Below, piece after piece: positions 16,905 through 26,569 of a stretch of 64,000 nucleotides of DNA (position 1 is its first letter; each line of letters starts with the position of its first letter). Under the pieces are notes generated by a model. That model ran no database searches and was not told the origin of the DNA. It was given only the letters and a program-made list of their open reading frames with translations. The position numbers were made by a program, and so were the translations under genes. Source of the stretch: an uncultured Gammaproteobacteria bacterium (GTDB lineage: Bacteria; Patescibacteriota; Patescibacteriia; Magasanikbacterales; GWA2-37-8); NCBI GenBank assembly GCA_964596525.1, contig CAZQUL010000001.1, forward strand, positions 1,276,312 to 1,340,311, in the 5' to 3' direction.

Positions 16905-18647
16905 ATGCCTAATCCCCCACCATCCGGAACGGCACCAGCGAGCGTTTTCGGCCTGTTGAAGCCGTACCGCCGGTTCATTGCAGCACTCATTACACTCGCG
17001 ATCGGCGCGAACGCGCTTAACCTGCTTTTGCCTAAAATCATCGGCCGCGGTATCGACAGTTTTACGGCCGGCCGTTTTTCGTTCGGCACGACAGCGCTCG
17101 AGTTCGGCGGCGCGGCGCTGGCGGTTTTTACCCTGACCGTCGCCCAAAGCCTCATTCAAGTATTCACGTCGGAGCGCGTGGCGCGCGATCTGCGTACACA
17201 GGTGGCTGGTAAACTCTCCGAGCAGAGTTTTTCGTATATCCAAACCACGACGCCGGCAAAACTTTTAACCAATCTTACATCGGATGCGGACCTCATCAAA
17301 AATTTCGTGTCGATGGGTATCGTGTCGATCATTTCATCGCTCGTCGTGATTCTGGGTGCGGCAATTTTGCTTCTTACGATCAACTGGAAACTGGCACTGA
17401 TCGTGCTTACCATCATTCCGCTCATTGGCGGAACGTTCATGTTCGTGTTCAGCAAAGTGAAAGTTCTCTTTATCAAAGGCCGCAGTGTCATCGATCGGCT
17501 CAATAAAGTCATCAACGAAAGCATTTTGGGCGCCATGCTCATCCGCGTGCTTAACTCACAAGAGCGCGAATTCGCTAAATTCCGTGAGGCCAACGCCGAG
17601 GCGCGCTCGGTCGGGTTCTCGATCTTGCGCCTCTTTACCGGTCTTATTCCGATGATCACACTCATCGCCAACCTGGCCGCGCTCGCGATTATCGTTGTCG
17701 GGGGCCGGTTCGTGATTAACGCAGCGATGACGCTCGGCGATTTTGCGCAGTTCATGAGTTACCTCATGATGCTCATTTTTCCGATCATCATGCTTGGGTT
17801 CGTGAGCAATCTCATTGCCCAAGCGAGCGCAGCCTATGAACGTATTAAGGCGGTGTTGAATTCGGTAGCGGATAAAACGAAAGGCACGCGCACCGAGAAG
17901 CTCAAAGGCGAAATCAAACTCGAAGACGTGACGCTCACGATGGGCGAAAAAAATATCGTTAACCATGTTTCGTTCACAGCCAAAGCGGGAACAAAAACCG
18001 CGATCATCGGTCCGACCGCGGCTGGAAAAACACAACTCCTCCATCTCCTCATCGGGCTTATGCCACCGAGCGGCGGGAAACTTCTCTATGATAATCACCC
18101 TCTCGCGGAATATGACAAAGACGCGTTGCATCGCCAGATCGGCTTCGTGTTCCAGGACAGCGTATTGTTTAACCTGACGCTCCGCGAGAATATCGCGTTT
18201 ACGACGGACGTGAAAGACGAGGACTTAGCCAAAGCCATCGCTACGGCGGAACTCACGGATTTCGTTGCGAGTTTGCCCGCGAAGCTCGATACGGTCGTTT
18301 CGGAGCGCGGCACGAGTCTTTCGGGCGGACAGAAACAGCGCATCATGCTCGCTCGCGCGCTCGCGCTTAATCCGAAAATTCTCCTTCTTGATGATTTCAC
18401 CGCGCGCGTCGATCGCCAGACCGAAGAGCGGATCCTCAAAAATATTACAGATAACTACCCGGACCTGACGCTCGTTTCGGTGACGCAGAAAGTGGCGTCG
18501 GTGACGGATTACAACACCATCGTTTTACTCATGGACGGCGAAGTGATCGCCCAAGGCACGCACCAGGAACTCATGGCCGCATCTCCCGAGTACGTGCAGC
18601 TCTACACTTCGCAAGAAAGCACCCACCACTATGAAGTACACTCTTAA
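16905..18647 (+). CDS. ABC exporter, fused permease-ATPase (MsbA/type I exporter family), subunit 1
   Basis: 580 aa; 6-TM domain then GPTAAGKTQ (Walker A), LSGGQKQRIMLARAL (signature), LLLDDFTARVD (Walker B). Confidence 0.9.
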   Translation: MPNPPPSGTAPASVFGLLKPYRRFIAALITLAIGANALNLLLPKIIGRGIDSFTAGRFSFGTTALEFGGAALAVFTLTVAQSLIQVFTSERVARDLRTQVAGKLSEQSFSYIQTTTPAKLLTNLTSDADLIKNFVSMGIVSIISSLVVILGAAILLLTINWKLALIVLTIIPLIGGTFMFVFSKVKVLFIKGRSVIDRLNKVINESILGAMLIRVLNSQEREFAKFREANAEARSVGFSILRLFTGLIPMITLIANLAALAIIVVGGRFVINAAMTLGDFAQFMSYLMMLIFPIIMLGFVSNLIAQASAAYERIKAVLNSVADKTKGTRTEKLKGEIKLEDVTLTMGEKNIVNHVSFTAKAGTKTAIIGPTAAGKTQLLHLLIGLMPPSGGKLLYDNHPLAEYDKDALHRQIGFVFQDSVLFNLTLRENIAFTTDVKDEDLAKAIATAELTDFVASLPAKLDTVVSERGTSLSGGQKQRIMLARALALNPKILLLDDFTARVDRQTEERILKNITDNYPDLTLVSVTQKVASVTDYNTIVLLMDGEVIAQGTHQELMAASPEYVQLYTSQESTHHYEVHS

Positions 18648-20397
18648 TACCGCCGAAAAAAACGCTCCAGCAGACCAAAAATCCGCGGCTATCAAAAAAT
18701 TCCTGCCCTTCCTCAAGCCGGAGCGGAAATTTCTAGCCCTTGCGTTTTTGGCAACGATTGCGAGTGCCGGGCTCAACCTGGCTTCGCCCGCGATCATGGG
18801 TCGCACCATCGACCGCTCCATCGCCGGGCGTGATTTCCATGGCGTGCTCGTCGCGGCCGGGATTCTGCTTATCGTGTATATACTTTCCCTCATCGCCGGA
18901 TATTTGCAGACGCGCATCATGGGCGGGGTGGGCCAGCGTACGCTCTATAATTTGCGCAACACCGTCTTCGATAAACTGCAGGAATTGCCAGTCGCATTCT
19001 TCAACCAGAACAAAGCCGGTGACCTCATCTCGCGCATCAACAACGACACGGAAAATTTGAATCAATTCTTCTCGCAGGCGCTCGTGCAGTTCGCGAGCAA
19101 TATCGTGCTCATCATCGGCGCGGCGATTTTCGTGATTTCGCTCAATCCTCGCCTCGGTGCGGCAGCACTCGCTCCAGCCGTACTCCTCCTTATTTTCAGC
19201 GCACTCGTCGCTCCGTATGTCCGCAAAAAGAATGCAGCGAGCCTCGCAAGCGTCGGACTTCTCAGCGCCGAGGTGCAGGAAAGTCTCGAAAACTTCAAAG
19301 TCATCGTCGCTTTCAACCGCCGCGATTACTTCCGCGAAAAATTCGCTAAAGCCAATAATACTAATTACGAAAAAGCCACCCGCGCCGGCATCGTTAATAC
19401 AGCGCTTTTGACGCCCGTGTACGGACTCATCTCGAGCGCGGCGCAGCTCGTCGTTTTAACCTACGGCATTTTCCTCATCATGAGCGGCTACGCGACGATC
19501 GGCATCCTCATCAGTTTCATCGGCTACGTGTCACGGTTTTACGATCCGCTCCGCCATCTCGCCATGCTTTACGCGCAGTTCCAGGTAGCGCTCGGCAGCT
19601 GGCAGCGCATCGCGGATATCCTTGAGATGAAAAACGACATGGAAAAACTCCTTGGCGAAGACGCCGGAAAAACCAAAGCCCCGGTACTCGAATTCAAGAA
19701 TGTCGGATTCGGCTATGAGAACGGCAAACAGGTCTTGAACGACATCAACTTCGCGCTTGAGGCAGGAAAAACGTATGCACTCGTTGGTCCGACCGGCGGC
19801 GGCAAAACCACGACCGCGTCCATCATGGCCCGGCTTTACGACCCGACGAGCGGAACCGTCTTTTTGCACGGCCGAGATATCCGCACGGTGGATGATACGG
19901 AGCGCTCACGGGCGATCGGATTCATATTGCAAGACGCATTTCTCTTTACCGGCACAGTGCGCGAGAATATCGTCTACGGTAACGCGGCATACGAAACCAT
20001 GACGAGTGAAGAACTTGCCAAGGTTATTGAAGAAGCCGGATTGACCGAACTTATGAAGCGTTTCAACGACGGTCTTGAAACGAAGGTGGAAAACGGCGGC
20101 GCGACTTTGAGCCTCGGCCAGCGCCAGCTCATCGCGTTCATCCGGGCAGTGCTGCGCAAGCCGGATATTCTCATTCTTGATGAAGCGACCGCAAACATCG
20201 ATACGGTGACCGAAGAACTCCTGCAGACCATTCTCGAAAAACTCCCGAAAATGACGACGCGCGTGGTTATCGCGCATCGCCTCAATACGATTGAAAGCGC
20301 GGACGAAATCTTCTTCGTCAACGCCGGGGTGATCACGCCGGCCGGTTCGTTCGAGCATGCGGTCGAGATGCTGATGAAAGGAAAAAAGACCAGCTAA
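18631..20397 (+). CDS. ABC exporter, fused permease-ATPase, subunit 2 (heterodimer partner, translationally coupled)
   Basis: 588 aa; GPTGGGKTT, LSLGQRQLIAFIRAV, ILILDEATANID; start overlaps the subunit 1 stop. Confidence 0.9.
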   Translation: MKYTLNTAEKNAPADQKSAAIKKFLPFLKPERKFLALAFLATIASAGLNLASPAIMGRTIDRSIAGRDFHGVLVAAGILLIVYILSLIAGYLQTRIMGGVGQRTLYNLRNTVFDKLQELPVAFFNQNKAGDLISRINNDTENLNQFFSQALVQFASNIVLIIGAAIFVISLNPRLGAAALAPAVLLLIFSALVAPYVRKKNAASLASVGLLSAEVQESLENFKVIVAFNRRDYFREKFAKANNTNYEKATRAGIVNTALLTPVYGLISSAAQLVVLTYGIFLIMSGYATIGILISFIGYVSRFYDPLRHLAMLYAQFQVALGSWQRIADILEMKNDMEKLLGEDAGKTKAPVLEFKNVGFGYENGKQVLNDINFALEAGKTYALVGPTGGGKTTTASIMARLYDPTSGTVFLHGRDIRTVDDTERSRAIGFILQDAFLFTGTVRENIVYGNAAYETMTSEELAKVIEEAGLTELMKRFNDGLETKVENGGATLSLGQRQLIAFIRAVLRKPDILILDEATANIDTVTEELLQTILEKLPKMTTRVVIAHRLNTIESADEIFFVNAGVITPAGSFEHAVEMLMKGKKTS

Positions 20398-20419
20398 TAA
20401 ATCCGATTATAAATGTAAG

Positions 20420-20448
20420 ACCCCGGCGCGATGAGCCGGGGTTTTGGT
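20420..20448 (+). terminator. rho-independent terminator
   Basis: GACCCCGGCGCG-atga-GCCGGGGTTTTGG. Confidence 0.6.
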
Positions 20449-21707
20449 TAGGGATTTTTACGAGTTAGCTCGAGAGGAAGGTTTTTTCGGGCGGCTTCGA
20501 AGCGAATCAGGAAGTCCGCACGTACCGTGGATCCAGGGGACCCCCGCAGAACTTCTCTGACGCGCTCGAGCGAATAATATATCGATTCCCTCTTACGGAG
20601 CGAAAAGTAATAACGAAGCTGATTTTCCGACCACCTGAACTCCACAGCAAGAAGGTATACAGCGACCGTCCGCGACCAGGACGACCACCTCATCAGCTTG
20701 CGCCCCTCATAAGCCCACTGCGCCTCTACTACCCTCTTGACTGCCAGGTACTGCGCGATTAGCTCTTTGTCTTTACTGAAAGCTAGGTTAGCCGGGATGG
20801 GCTCAGGGCGAGGTTTGATTTCCCCTGCTTCCGAAAGAAGCCGGAGGGCTTCCTTGAGGCGCGCGTAGACCATATGTGCGCTGAGCTTGAGAGTTGTGGC
20901 AAGCTTGGTACCGGTCAAAAAGCCAGGCGGCCTGTCTTTGGCAAAGCCGTATCGGAGCTCAAGGGCGCGGTAATACTCCGGTCGTGCTTCCGCCAACTTC
21001 GCAAGCCGTCCGGATTTTTTGGCCTTAAGGAGAAGCTCAAGAGTCGGAAGCAAACTCTTAAGATGCAGCCTTGGCCACGAGATCCCAGAGAGCAGCATAG
21101 GAGAACAGCCCCGCAAAGCAGCCAGCACTTGGCGCGGACGGGCATCGATTTTACCGTCATACCGCTTTGCCAGATCTTTGGCGAATTTTTGCGCACACCA
21201 GTTGACCGAAAGACCAGGTTTGAGATAACGAAGCAGGCCTTCGATTCTCCAGGTCAAACTAGACATGACGCTGATCCCATACTCTTGTTTAAGCTCTTCA
21301 CTAGAGCACCGCCGTTCGCCATGGACGCCGAGATAACAGCGGATTATCCTGATCCAGCGGCAACCTTTTTTGGCAAGATGATTAAGCTTTTTTATCTCAT
21401 CCGCACTGAGATCTTCGAGTATCTTTCGTTTTTGATCTAACGTTTTGCGGCGCAGGCGGATGATCGGCGGCTTACGGGTCTTGCCCGATTCGACCAGGCG
21501 CACTTTGGTCCGATGCAGCGCAGCGCTAACAGTAGGCAGAAGCTCTTCACCACCCGAAGAAAGCTCGAGTTTACGCAGATTGGGCGCGCGCTCCAGGATT
21601 GCACTAACGAGCTCCAACGTCAGCGGGAGCGAACAGAAGACGTACTCGGTTCGGAAATTGAGCTGTCCAACATCCTCTTTCTTGGTGACGATTTTTCTGA
21701 CCGACAC
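20448..21707 (-). CDS. hypothetical basic protein with several helix-turn-helix-like segments
   Basis: 419 aa, Arg/Lys/Leu-rich; HTH-like GTKLATTLKLSAHMVYARLKEA and SEELKQEYGISVMSSLTWRIEGL; no catalytic motif recognised; opposite-strand ORFs are shorter and non-protein-like. Confidence 0.35.
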   Translation of the reverse strand: MSVRKIVTKKEDVGQLNFRTEYVFCSLPLTLELVSAILERAPNLRKLELSSGGEELLPTVSAALHRTKVRLVESGKTRKPPIIRLRRKTLDQKRKILEDLSADEIKKLNHLAKKGCRWIRIIRCYLGVHGERRCSSEELKQEYGISVMSSLTWRIEGLLRYLKPGLSVNWCAQKFAKDLAKRYDGKIDARPRQVLAALRGCSPMLLSGISWPRLHLKSLLPTLELLLKAKKSGRLAKLAEARPEYYRALELRYGFAKDRPPGFLTGTKLATTLKLSAHMVYARLKEALRLLSEAGEIKPRPEPIPANLAFSKDKELIAQYLAVKRVVEAQWAYEGRKLMRWSSWSRTVAVYLLAVEFRWSENQLRYYFSLRKRESIYYSLERVREVLRGSPGSTVRADFLIRFEAARKNLPLELTRKNP

Positions 21708-21798
21708 GGTTTTCCTCCTCAGGCTTCGGAAATATTAAAGAACTGACGTGATCTAAACCGCCAAGGTATAGCATGAGCCGGAAAAAGTCAACTATTTT

Positions 21799-22464
21799 TC
21801 AAGGCCACAATCCCTGTTCTTTAAGGCTCAAAAAATTTTCGCTTGTGACGATGATATGATCTAATACTTCGATGCCGAGCACCTGACCTGCGATGACAAG
21901 ACGTTTCGTCACTTCAAGATCACTTTCGGATGGCACGGTATCCCCGCTTGGATGATTATGCGCCACAATAATTTGCGATGCGGTGTGCAAAATCGCTGGC
22001 TCGAACACTTCGCGTGGATGCACTAGGCTCGTTTCAAGGAGCCCGACGGAAATAGTCTCGCGCTTAATCTGCTGTAGACGCGGATCAAGGTAAAAAATAA
22101 TGAAATGTTCTTTTTTAAGCACCGCAATATCTTTGAGTTCGCGCGCCACATCCGCGGGTGACATAAGAAGCGCGGCTTTTTTATCTTTTAGGAGACGTTT
22201 GCCGAGCTCAAAGCAAGCGGTGATCTCGCATGCCTTGGCTTCGCCGAGACCGAAAACTTTAGATAAATCTTCGACTGTCGCATCGACCAAGCCTTTGGCA
22301 CTGAAACTGCGCAAAATCGATTCTGCAAGTTCGACGACGTTGAGATTCTTGGTGCCGGTACGCAAAAGGAGCGCCAGAAGTTCGCTGTTGGAAAGTTTAT
22401 CCGGACCGTACTTGAGCATTTTTTCGCGCGGGCGGTCGACAGCGGGGAGATCTTTAAGCTTCAT
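21799..22464 (-). CDS. radC: RadC-family JAB-domain protein (UPF0758)
   Basis: 221 aa; N-terminal KYGPDKLSNSELLALLLRTGTKNLNVVELA (HhH) and C-terminal JAMM motif ILHTASQIIVAHNHPSGDTVPSESDLEVTKRL. Confidence 0.85.
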   Translation of the reverse strand: MKLKDLPAVDRPREKMLKYGPDKLSNSELLALLLRTGTKNLNVVELAESILRSFSAKGLVDATVEDLSKVFGLGEAKACEITACFELGKRLLKDKKAALLMSPADVARELKDIAVLKKEHFIIFYLDPRLQQIKRETISVGLLETSLVHPREVFEPAILHTASQIIVAHNHPSGDTVPSESDLEVTKRLVIAGQVLGIEVLDHIIVTSENFLSLKEQGLWP

Positions 22465-22469
22465 ATGAA

Positions 22470-22886
22470 CTATTTTTTCTCTGGCTTATTGAAACGCAAA
22501 TACGCTAGTATCGGCAACCCGAAAATAAAGATTTCTGTTACCAATAAATCATATCCACTCTTTATCAACCAATCAGTGGTTGGATGGCTGGAAAAAAATT
22601 GTATACGCACAAATTCAGCAGAACCGGTGGAAGTGGCGGAAGGCGGAGTAGCACACCACACTCCTTGAACCGGACGAAGCGCATCGGTGAGCGGATATTT
22701 CGGCCGATAGTCGACCCTATACGCCAGGCCGTCAAATATCTTTCCTTGAGCTTCGCACACCTGCCTCGCGCGCGGCTCGAAAAAAATTTTATGCAGAGAG
22801 TAGGTAGCCACAAACGCGCATAACAAACCTACGATAAAGCACCCGAATAAGATGCGATTATCACGGTCTTTAAAATAACCCAGCAT
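22470..22886 (-). CDS. hypothetical membrane protein
   Basis: 138 aa; TM helices at both ends (ILFGCFIVGLLCAFVATYSL; LLVTEIFIFGLPILAYL). Confidence 0.4.
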   Translation of the reverse strand: MLGYFKDRDNRILFGCFIVGLLCAFVATYSLHKIFFEPRARQVCEAQGKIFDGLAYRVDYRPKYPLTDALRPVQGVWCATPPSATSTGSAEFVRIQFFSSHPTTDWLIKSGYDLLVTEIFIFGLPILAYLRFNKPEKK

Positions 22887-22896
22887 AAGAAAACGA

Positions 22897-23085
22897 TCAC
22901 TTCATCTCTTTGATGACTAGCTCGACAGACTCGAGATATTGTTTTAGATCCTGCGCAATCTTACTCCCCTCTTTATATTTCTTAATTCCCTCTTCAAGGT
23001 CGATACCGTCCTGTTCGAACCATTCGACGATCTTCTGGAGTTCGGCGTAGGATTTTTTGAAATTAAGCTCCTTTATTTTAGGCAT
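22897..23085 (-). CDS. xseB: exodeoxyribonuclease VII small subunit
   Basis: 62 aa from the internal ATG: MPKIKELNFKKSYAELQKIVEWFEQDGIDLEEGIKKYKEGSKIAQDLKQYLESVELVIKEMK; the 118-aa ORF upstream extension is non-native. Confidence 0.7.
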   Translation of the reverse strand: MPKIKELNFKKSYAELQKIVEWFEQDGIDLEEGIKKYKEGSKIAQDLKQYLESVELVIKEMK

Positions 23086-23144
23086 ATTTTTGACAGATAA
23101 TGGAGAAAAGTATACAGTGGCCCCATCGAAATCAGGAGGTAAAG

Positions 23145-23699
23145 ATGTATAGAACAGCCACACTTCCGGTTCTTTCGCTGCTCTACTGCAGCTCGCCGGC
23201 CAAACCATCACCGCACCCAGACGCCAAGATCTATCGGGAATTTTCGCAGGCAATCGCGGATGCCGAGAAAAAGTACGGCGTCATGGGCGAAGTGCTCATG
23301 GCGAACGTGTGGGTGGTTCAGGGAAAACCGTCGCACCCCGTTCGCATTGCTCATGACAGCCTCTTCGTTCGCCGCGGCATGCGCTTTGGCCTGTTCGGTT
23401 TGAATTACGATGAGATCATGGTGTGTGGGAGGTTCGAAATTGAAGAGTTCAGCGTGCGTGGACAAGTGCTGTGCGCAGCTCGATTGATCCGCGACCGCGC
23501 TGGATTCTCCCCTTCTACCTGGGCGGCGCTCCGCCTCTATAGCCGTAAGCTCCCACCCGAAGCAGTGCGTGCCTGGGGCGCGCAGCTCGCGGATTTGCGG
23601 CTGACGTGTCCGGAGTATCAACACAAAAGATACAACTGCCCGAACGCGCCGTTTCTACCCGGCTTTGTCGACGCGCCATTTCCTTCTCCCTCACGCTAA
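23145..23699 (+). CDS. hypothetical secreted protein
   Basis: AGGAGG 6 nt before the ATG; MYRTATLPVLSLLYCSSPAKPS signal-like N-terminus. Confidence 0.45.
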   Translation: MYRTATLPVLSLLYCSSPAKPSPHPDAKIYREFSQAIADAEKKYGVMGEVLMANVWVVQGKPSHPVRIAHDSLFVRRGMRFGLFGLNYDEIMVCGRFEIEEFSVRGQVLCAARLIRDRAGFSPSTWAALRLYSRKLPPEAVRAWGAQLADLRLTCPEYQHKRYNCPNAPFLPGFVDAPFPSPSR

Positions 23700-23755
23700 C
23701 ACCGATCGCCTCGCGAGGCAAGGTGTTTTTTTGTTAGTTTTTTCAAAATCCAGTA

Positions 23756-23784
23756 TTGACAGCCCCGTTCACGCTCCGTATACT
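23756..23784 (+). promoter_or_regulatory. sigma70-type promoter
   Basis: TTGACA - 17 nt - TATACT, about 30 nt upstream of an AAGGAGG RBS. Confidence 0.6.
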
Positions 23785-23811
23785 CGGGGAGTTATCCGCA
23801 AGGAGGGATAA

Positions 23812-24195
23812 ATGTTCAAAAACATACAAAAAGGACTGAGCATTCTCATCATCATTACCAGCCTTAGCAACTGTACGACGCCCGGGCACGTCGTGCCAAC
23901 AGCTTCGTCGCCAGCCAAAAACGATCCAATGCCCTTTTGCCAAGGCGACGGGCAAGAGATTCTCGCTCGTCCGAGCAGCACTGCTTATTTTCTCGCACTT
24001 ATCGGCTGCTTCATGCGCGAGCTCGAATGTCGCGCCGCTGAGACGTGCCCCACCCGTTTCGACCAACATCCAAAGGCCAAGTTAATCAGCGAAAAATGTC
24101 ACGAATCAGACCCGGCGGTAAAAGACCATATCGGCATACTTACCCACGACGAACGCACCTTCGCCACTGAGTGTCTAGGCCTGCCCCTGCCGTAA
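23812..24195 (+). CDS. small Cys-containing secreted/lipoprotein-like protein
   Basis: 127 aa; MFKNIQKGLSILIIITSLSNCTTPG signal peptide; 8 Cys. Confidence 0.5.
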   Translation: MFKNIQKGLSILIIITSLSNCTTPGHVVPTASSPAKNDPMPFCQGDGQEILARPSSTAYFLALIGCFMRELECRAAETCPTRFDQHPKAKLISEKCHESDPAVKDHIGILTHDERTFATECLGLPLP

Positions 24196-24237
24196 CTCGT
24201 ACACACCGGCAACCATCCGCACACCGAATATGTAGCA

Positions 24238-25491
24238 TCACCGGCGGGCGGTTTTTTTATTTTCAACAGTTTCGGTGCGCGCAGTGTACGAGCCGTCGTA
24301 TGTACGCACACGAATTACGTCACCGGGTTTAATTGCAGCCGCAGAACGGATTAGCGCACCCTCATCGGTAAAAGCCAGACTATATCCTTGCCGCAAAAGA
24401 CGCTCTGGATTGGCTTGAGCCATAAGCCGTTCGGCATAAGCGACGCGTTCTTGGTAGCGTTCATATAGAGACCGCAGGCGCTCAAATGTACTCTCGAAGC
24501 GCGCCACGAGACGCGCACAAGGATCAACCAAAACGAACGCAGCCGTAGAAAGCGCGTACTCAGCAGCACGAATACGCTCCCGCTGCAGAGCGACTCCTTG
24601 TTTGAGCGCGCTTATGATAAATTCATACTGATATTCAAGTTCACCGAGCACATCGCGATAGTCAGGCACGATACGCTCGGCCGCATTAGAGGGCGTCGAG
24701 CAACGAACGTCGGCCACATAGTCGGCAAGTGTGTCATCCCGCTCATGCCCGATGCCCGTAACAACCGGGATGCGGCTCGCGTAGATGGCACGCACCACCG
24801 CCTCGTCGTTGAACGCCGCCAGATCTTCGAGCGAACCGCCACCACGGATAAGAACGAGCGCATCGAGATGATCGGGGTATTTACTGAAATCATCGAATGC
24901 AGCGAGAATATCCCCTACAGCTTCAGCGCCCTGCACGTTCACATGGCGCATAACCAGCTCTACAGCACCCCAACGATTAGCCAGAATACGGCGGAAGTCG
25001 CCCCACGCCGCGCTATCGCGCGAAGCGATCACACCAATCCGTTCGGGAAGATCAGGCAGCGCACGCTTGCGTTCTAAAGCAAACAACCCTTCTTTTTCTA
25101 ATTTTTCTTTAAGAAGAAGGAAGGCTTTTTTAAGCGAGCCTTCCCCAACTAACTCGGCGCGCTGCACCGTAAAACTGAATTTGCCGGTTTTCTCGTAGAT
25201 TTTAGGATAGCCGAACACGCGAACTTTCATGCCGTCCGCGATGGGTTGGTGCAGCATGAAGACCGTAGAAAAACAGCCTAGCACCCCAGTTTCATCCTTC
25301 AAATCAAAAAAGACCCACTTGTTTTGGGAAACTTTATACTGTGACACTTCACCCTCAATGGCGTATTCACCCAGGATAAGGTCGTTGATCTGCGAGAGGA
25401 AAGAGGTAACCGAGAGTGCCGCGAGCATAATGAAAAGTAATGTGCGAGACAAACTTGCGCCGATATCATCGCGTATTTTTATCTGCAACAA
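24238..25491 (-). CDS. xseA: exodeoxyribonuclease VII large subunit
   Basis: 417 aa; N-terminal OB-fold (YAIEGEVSQYKVSQNKWVFFDLKDE), catalytic core (GVIASRDSAAWGDFRRI...LVLIRGGGSLEDLAAFNDE...PVVTGIGHERDDTLADYVADVRCSTP). Confidence 0.85.
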   Translation of the reverse strand: MLQIKIRDDIGASLSRTLLFIMLAALSVTSFLSQINDLILGEYAIEGEVSQYKVSQNKWVFFDLKDETGVLGCFSTVFMLHQPIADGMKVRVFGYPKIYEKTGKFSFTVQRAELVGEGSLKKAFLLLKEKLEKEGLFALERKRALPDLPERIGVIASRDSAAWGDFRRILANRWGAVELVMRHVNVQGAEAVGDILAAFDDFSKYPDHLDALVLIRGGGSLEDLAAFNDEAVVRAIYASRIPVVTGIGHERDDTLADYVADVRCSTPSNAAERIVPDYRDVLGELEYQYEFIISALKQGVALQRERIRAAEYALSTAAFVLVDPCARLVARFESTFERLRSLYERYQERVAYAERLMAQANPERLLRQGYSLAFTDEGALIRSAAAIKPGDVIRVRTYDGSYTARTETVENKKTARR

Positions 25492-25494
25492 CTT

Positions 25495-26097
25495 CTACCT
25501 AACCAACACACCAAATAACGCATCAATCACCGGCCGGATGATATCGAACAAGAAGAACACAAAAACGAAGAGTAAAATCATGCCGTAACGTTCGAGAGTG
25601 TCGCGAATAGCGTTTGCCGAATCGGGCAAAAGGGCAAAAAGTACCTTGGAACCATCGAGCGGCGGAATGGGCACCAAGTTGAACACCATAAGAAGGATAT
25701 TAGCGTACACAATCACCTCTAGAAACGGTCGCATGGCGAGTACCGGGAAAAGCCGGATGATAGCCGCTGCAGCGACTGCTAAAAGCAGGTTGGCGAGCGG
25801 ACCAGCTACACCCACAATAGCCGGGCCCCATTTCTGGTCGCGCAGATTGTAGGGGTTAAAGGGTACGGGTTTAGCATAAGCGAACATGAACCGGCCGCCG
25901 CTACTGATAAACAAAACTAACGGTAGAAGAATGGTGCCGATCCAGTCGATATGCGCCCGCGGATCGATGGTGAGACGCCCGGCGTAGCGCGCCGTCGGAT
26001 CCCCCAGCCGGTCCCCCATCCAGGCATGGGCGTATTCGTGGATAATACTCGACGGAATGATGATGATAAAGTAAAAAAGGAGGCCGATAAGGTCCAT
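25495..26097 (-). CDS. M50-family (site-2-protease-like) membrane zinc metalloprotease
   Basis: 200 aa; polytopic; HEYAHAW (HExxH) in TM1 and NLVPIPPLDGSKVL (LDG motif). Confidence 0.75.
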   Translation of the reverse strand: MDLIGLLFYFIIIIPSSIIHEYAHAWMGDRLGDPTARYAGRLTIDPRAHIDWIGTILLPLVLFISSGGRFMFAYAKPVPFNPYNLRDQKWGPAIVGVAGPLANLLLAVAAAAIIRLFPVLAMRPFLEVIVYANILLMVFNLVPIPPLDGSKVLFALLPDSANAIRDTLERYGMILLFVFVFFLFDIIRPVIDALFGVLVR

Positions 26098-26098
26098 A

Positions 26099-26127
26099 TT
26101 GACAGAAAAAACGATTTCGCGTATAGT
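26099..26127 (+). promoter_or_regulatory. sigma70-type promoter of rpmB
   Basis: TTGACA - 17 nt - TATAGT. Confidence 0.6.
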
Positions 26128-26166
26128 CTGTTTATCTTAACAACTATCTTCTAACTAAGCAACGTT

Positions 26167-26343
26167 ATGAGCCGCATGTGCATGCTCTGCGGGAAACAGG
26201 CTGTCCGCGCCAATTCGGTGAGCCACTCCAACCGCAAAACCCCCCGCCAGCAGAAGCCCAATCTGCAGTTTTTGACCATCGCCAACACGCGCGTCAAAGT
26301 CTGCTCTGGCTGCCGCCGTACTATCGCCCGCCAGACGGTCTAA
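26167..26343 (+). CDS. rpmB: 50S ribosomal protein L28
   Basis: 58 aa, not in the ORF track: MSRMCMLCGKQAVRANSVSHSNRKTPRQQKPNLQFLTIANTRVKVCSGCRRTIARQTV (C..CGK...N.VSHSNR.T.R...PNLQ pattern). Confidence 0.75.
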   Translation: MSRMCMLCGKQAVRANSVSHSNRKTPRQQKPNLQFLTIANTRVKVCSGCRRTIARQTV

Positions 26344-26569
26344 CTGTTTCAGCGAATATAAGCTAAAAAGCGCCTTACCTGGCGTTTTTTGGTTTATGTC
26401 TAACAAACGAGCCCTTTAAACCGCTTAAATAAGCATAGTGCATTATTATTTGACTTATCCCGAGATATTCTTGACAATATTGTATAACTATGTTTAACTT
26501 GTCATTGTTCGCTTGCTCTCTGCACAACACCCACAACGTTCGACGACTTTGACCTCGGAGGAAGCACCC

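Noticed and set aside
17156-18131. 199-aa and 191-aa minus-strand ORFs
   Set aside because: Antisense within the ABC exporter subunit-1 gene; no motifs.
26155-26406. 83-aa minus-strand ORF
   Set aside because: Overlaps, antisense, the much better supported rpmB (L28) gene, which has a consensus promoter.
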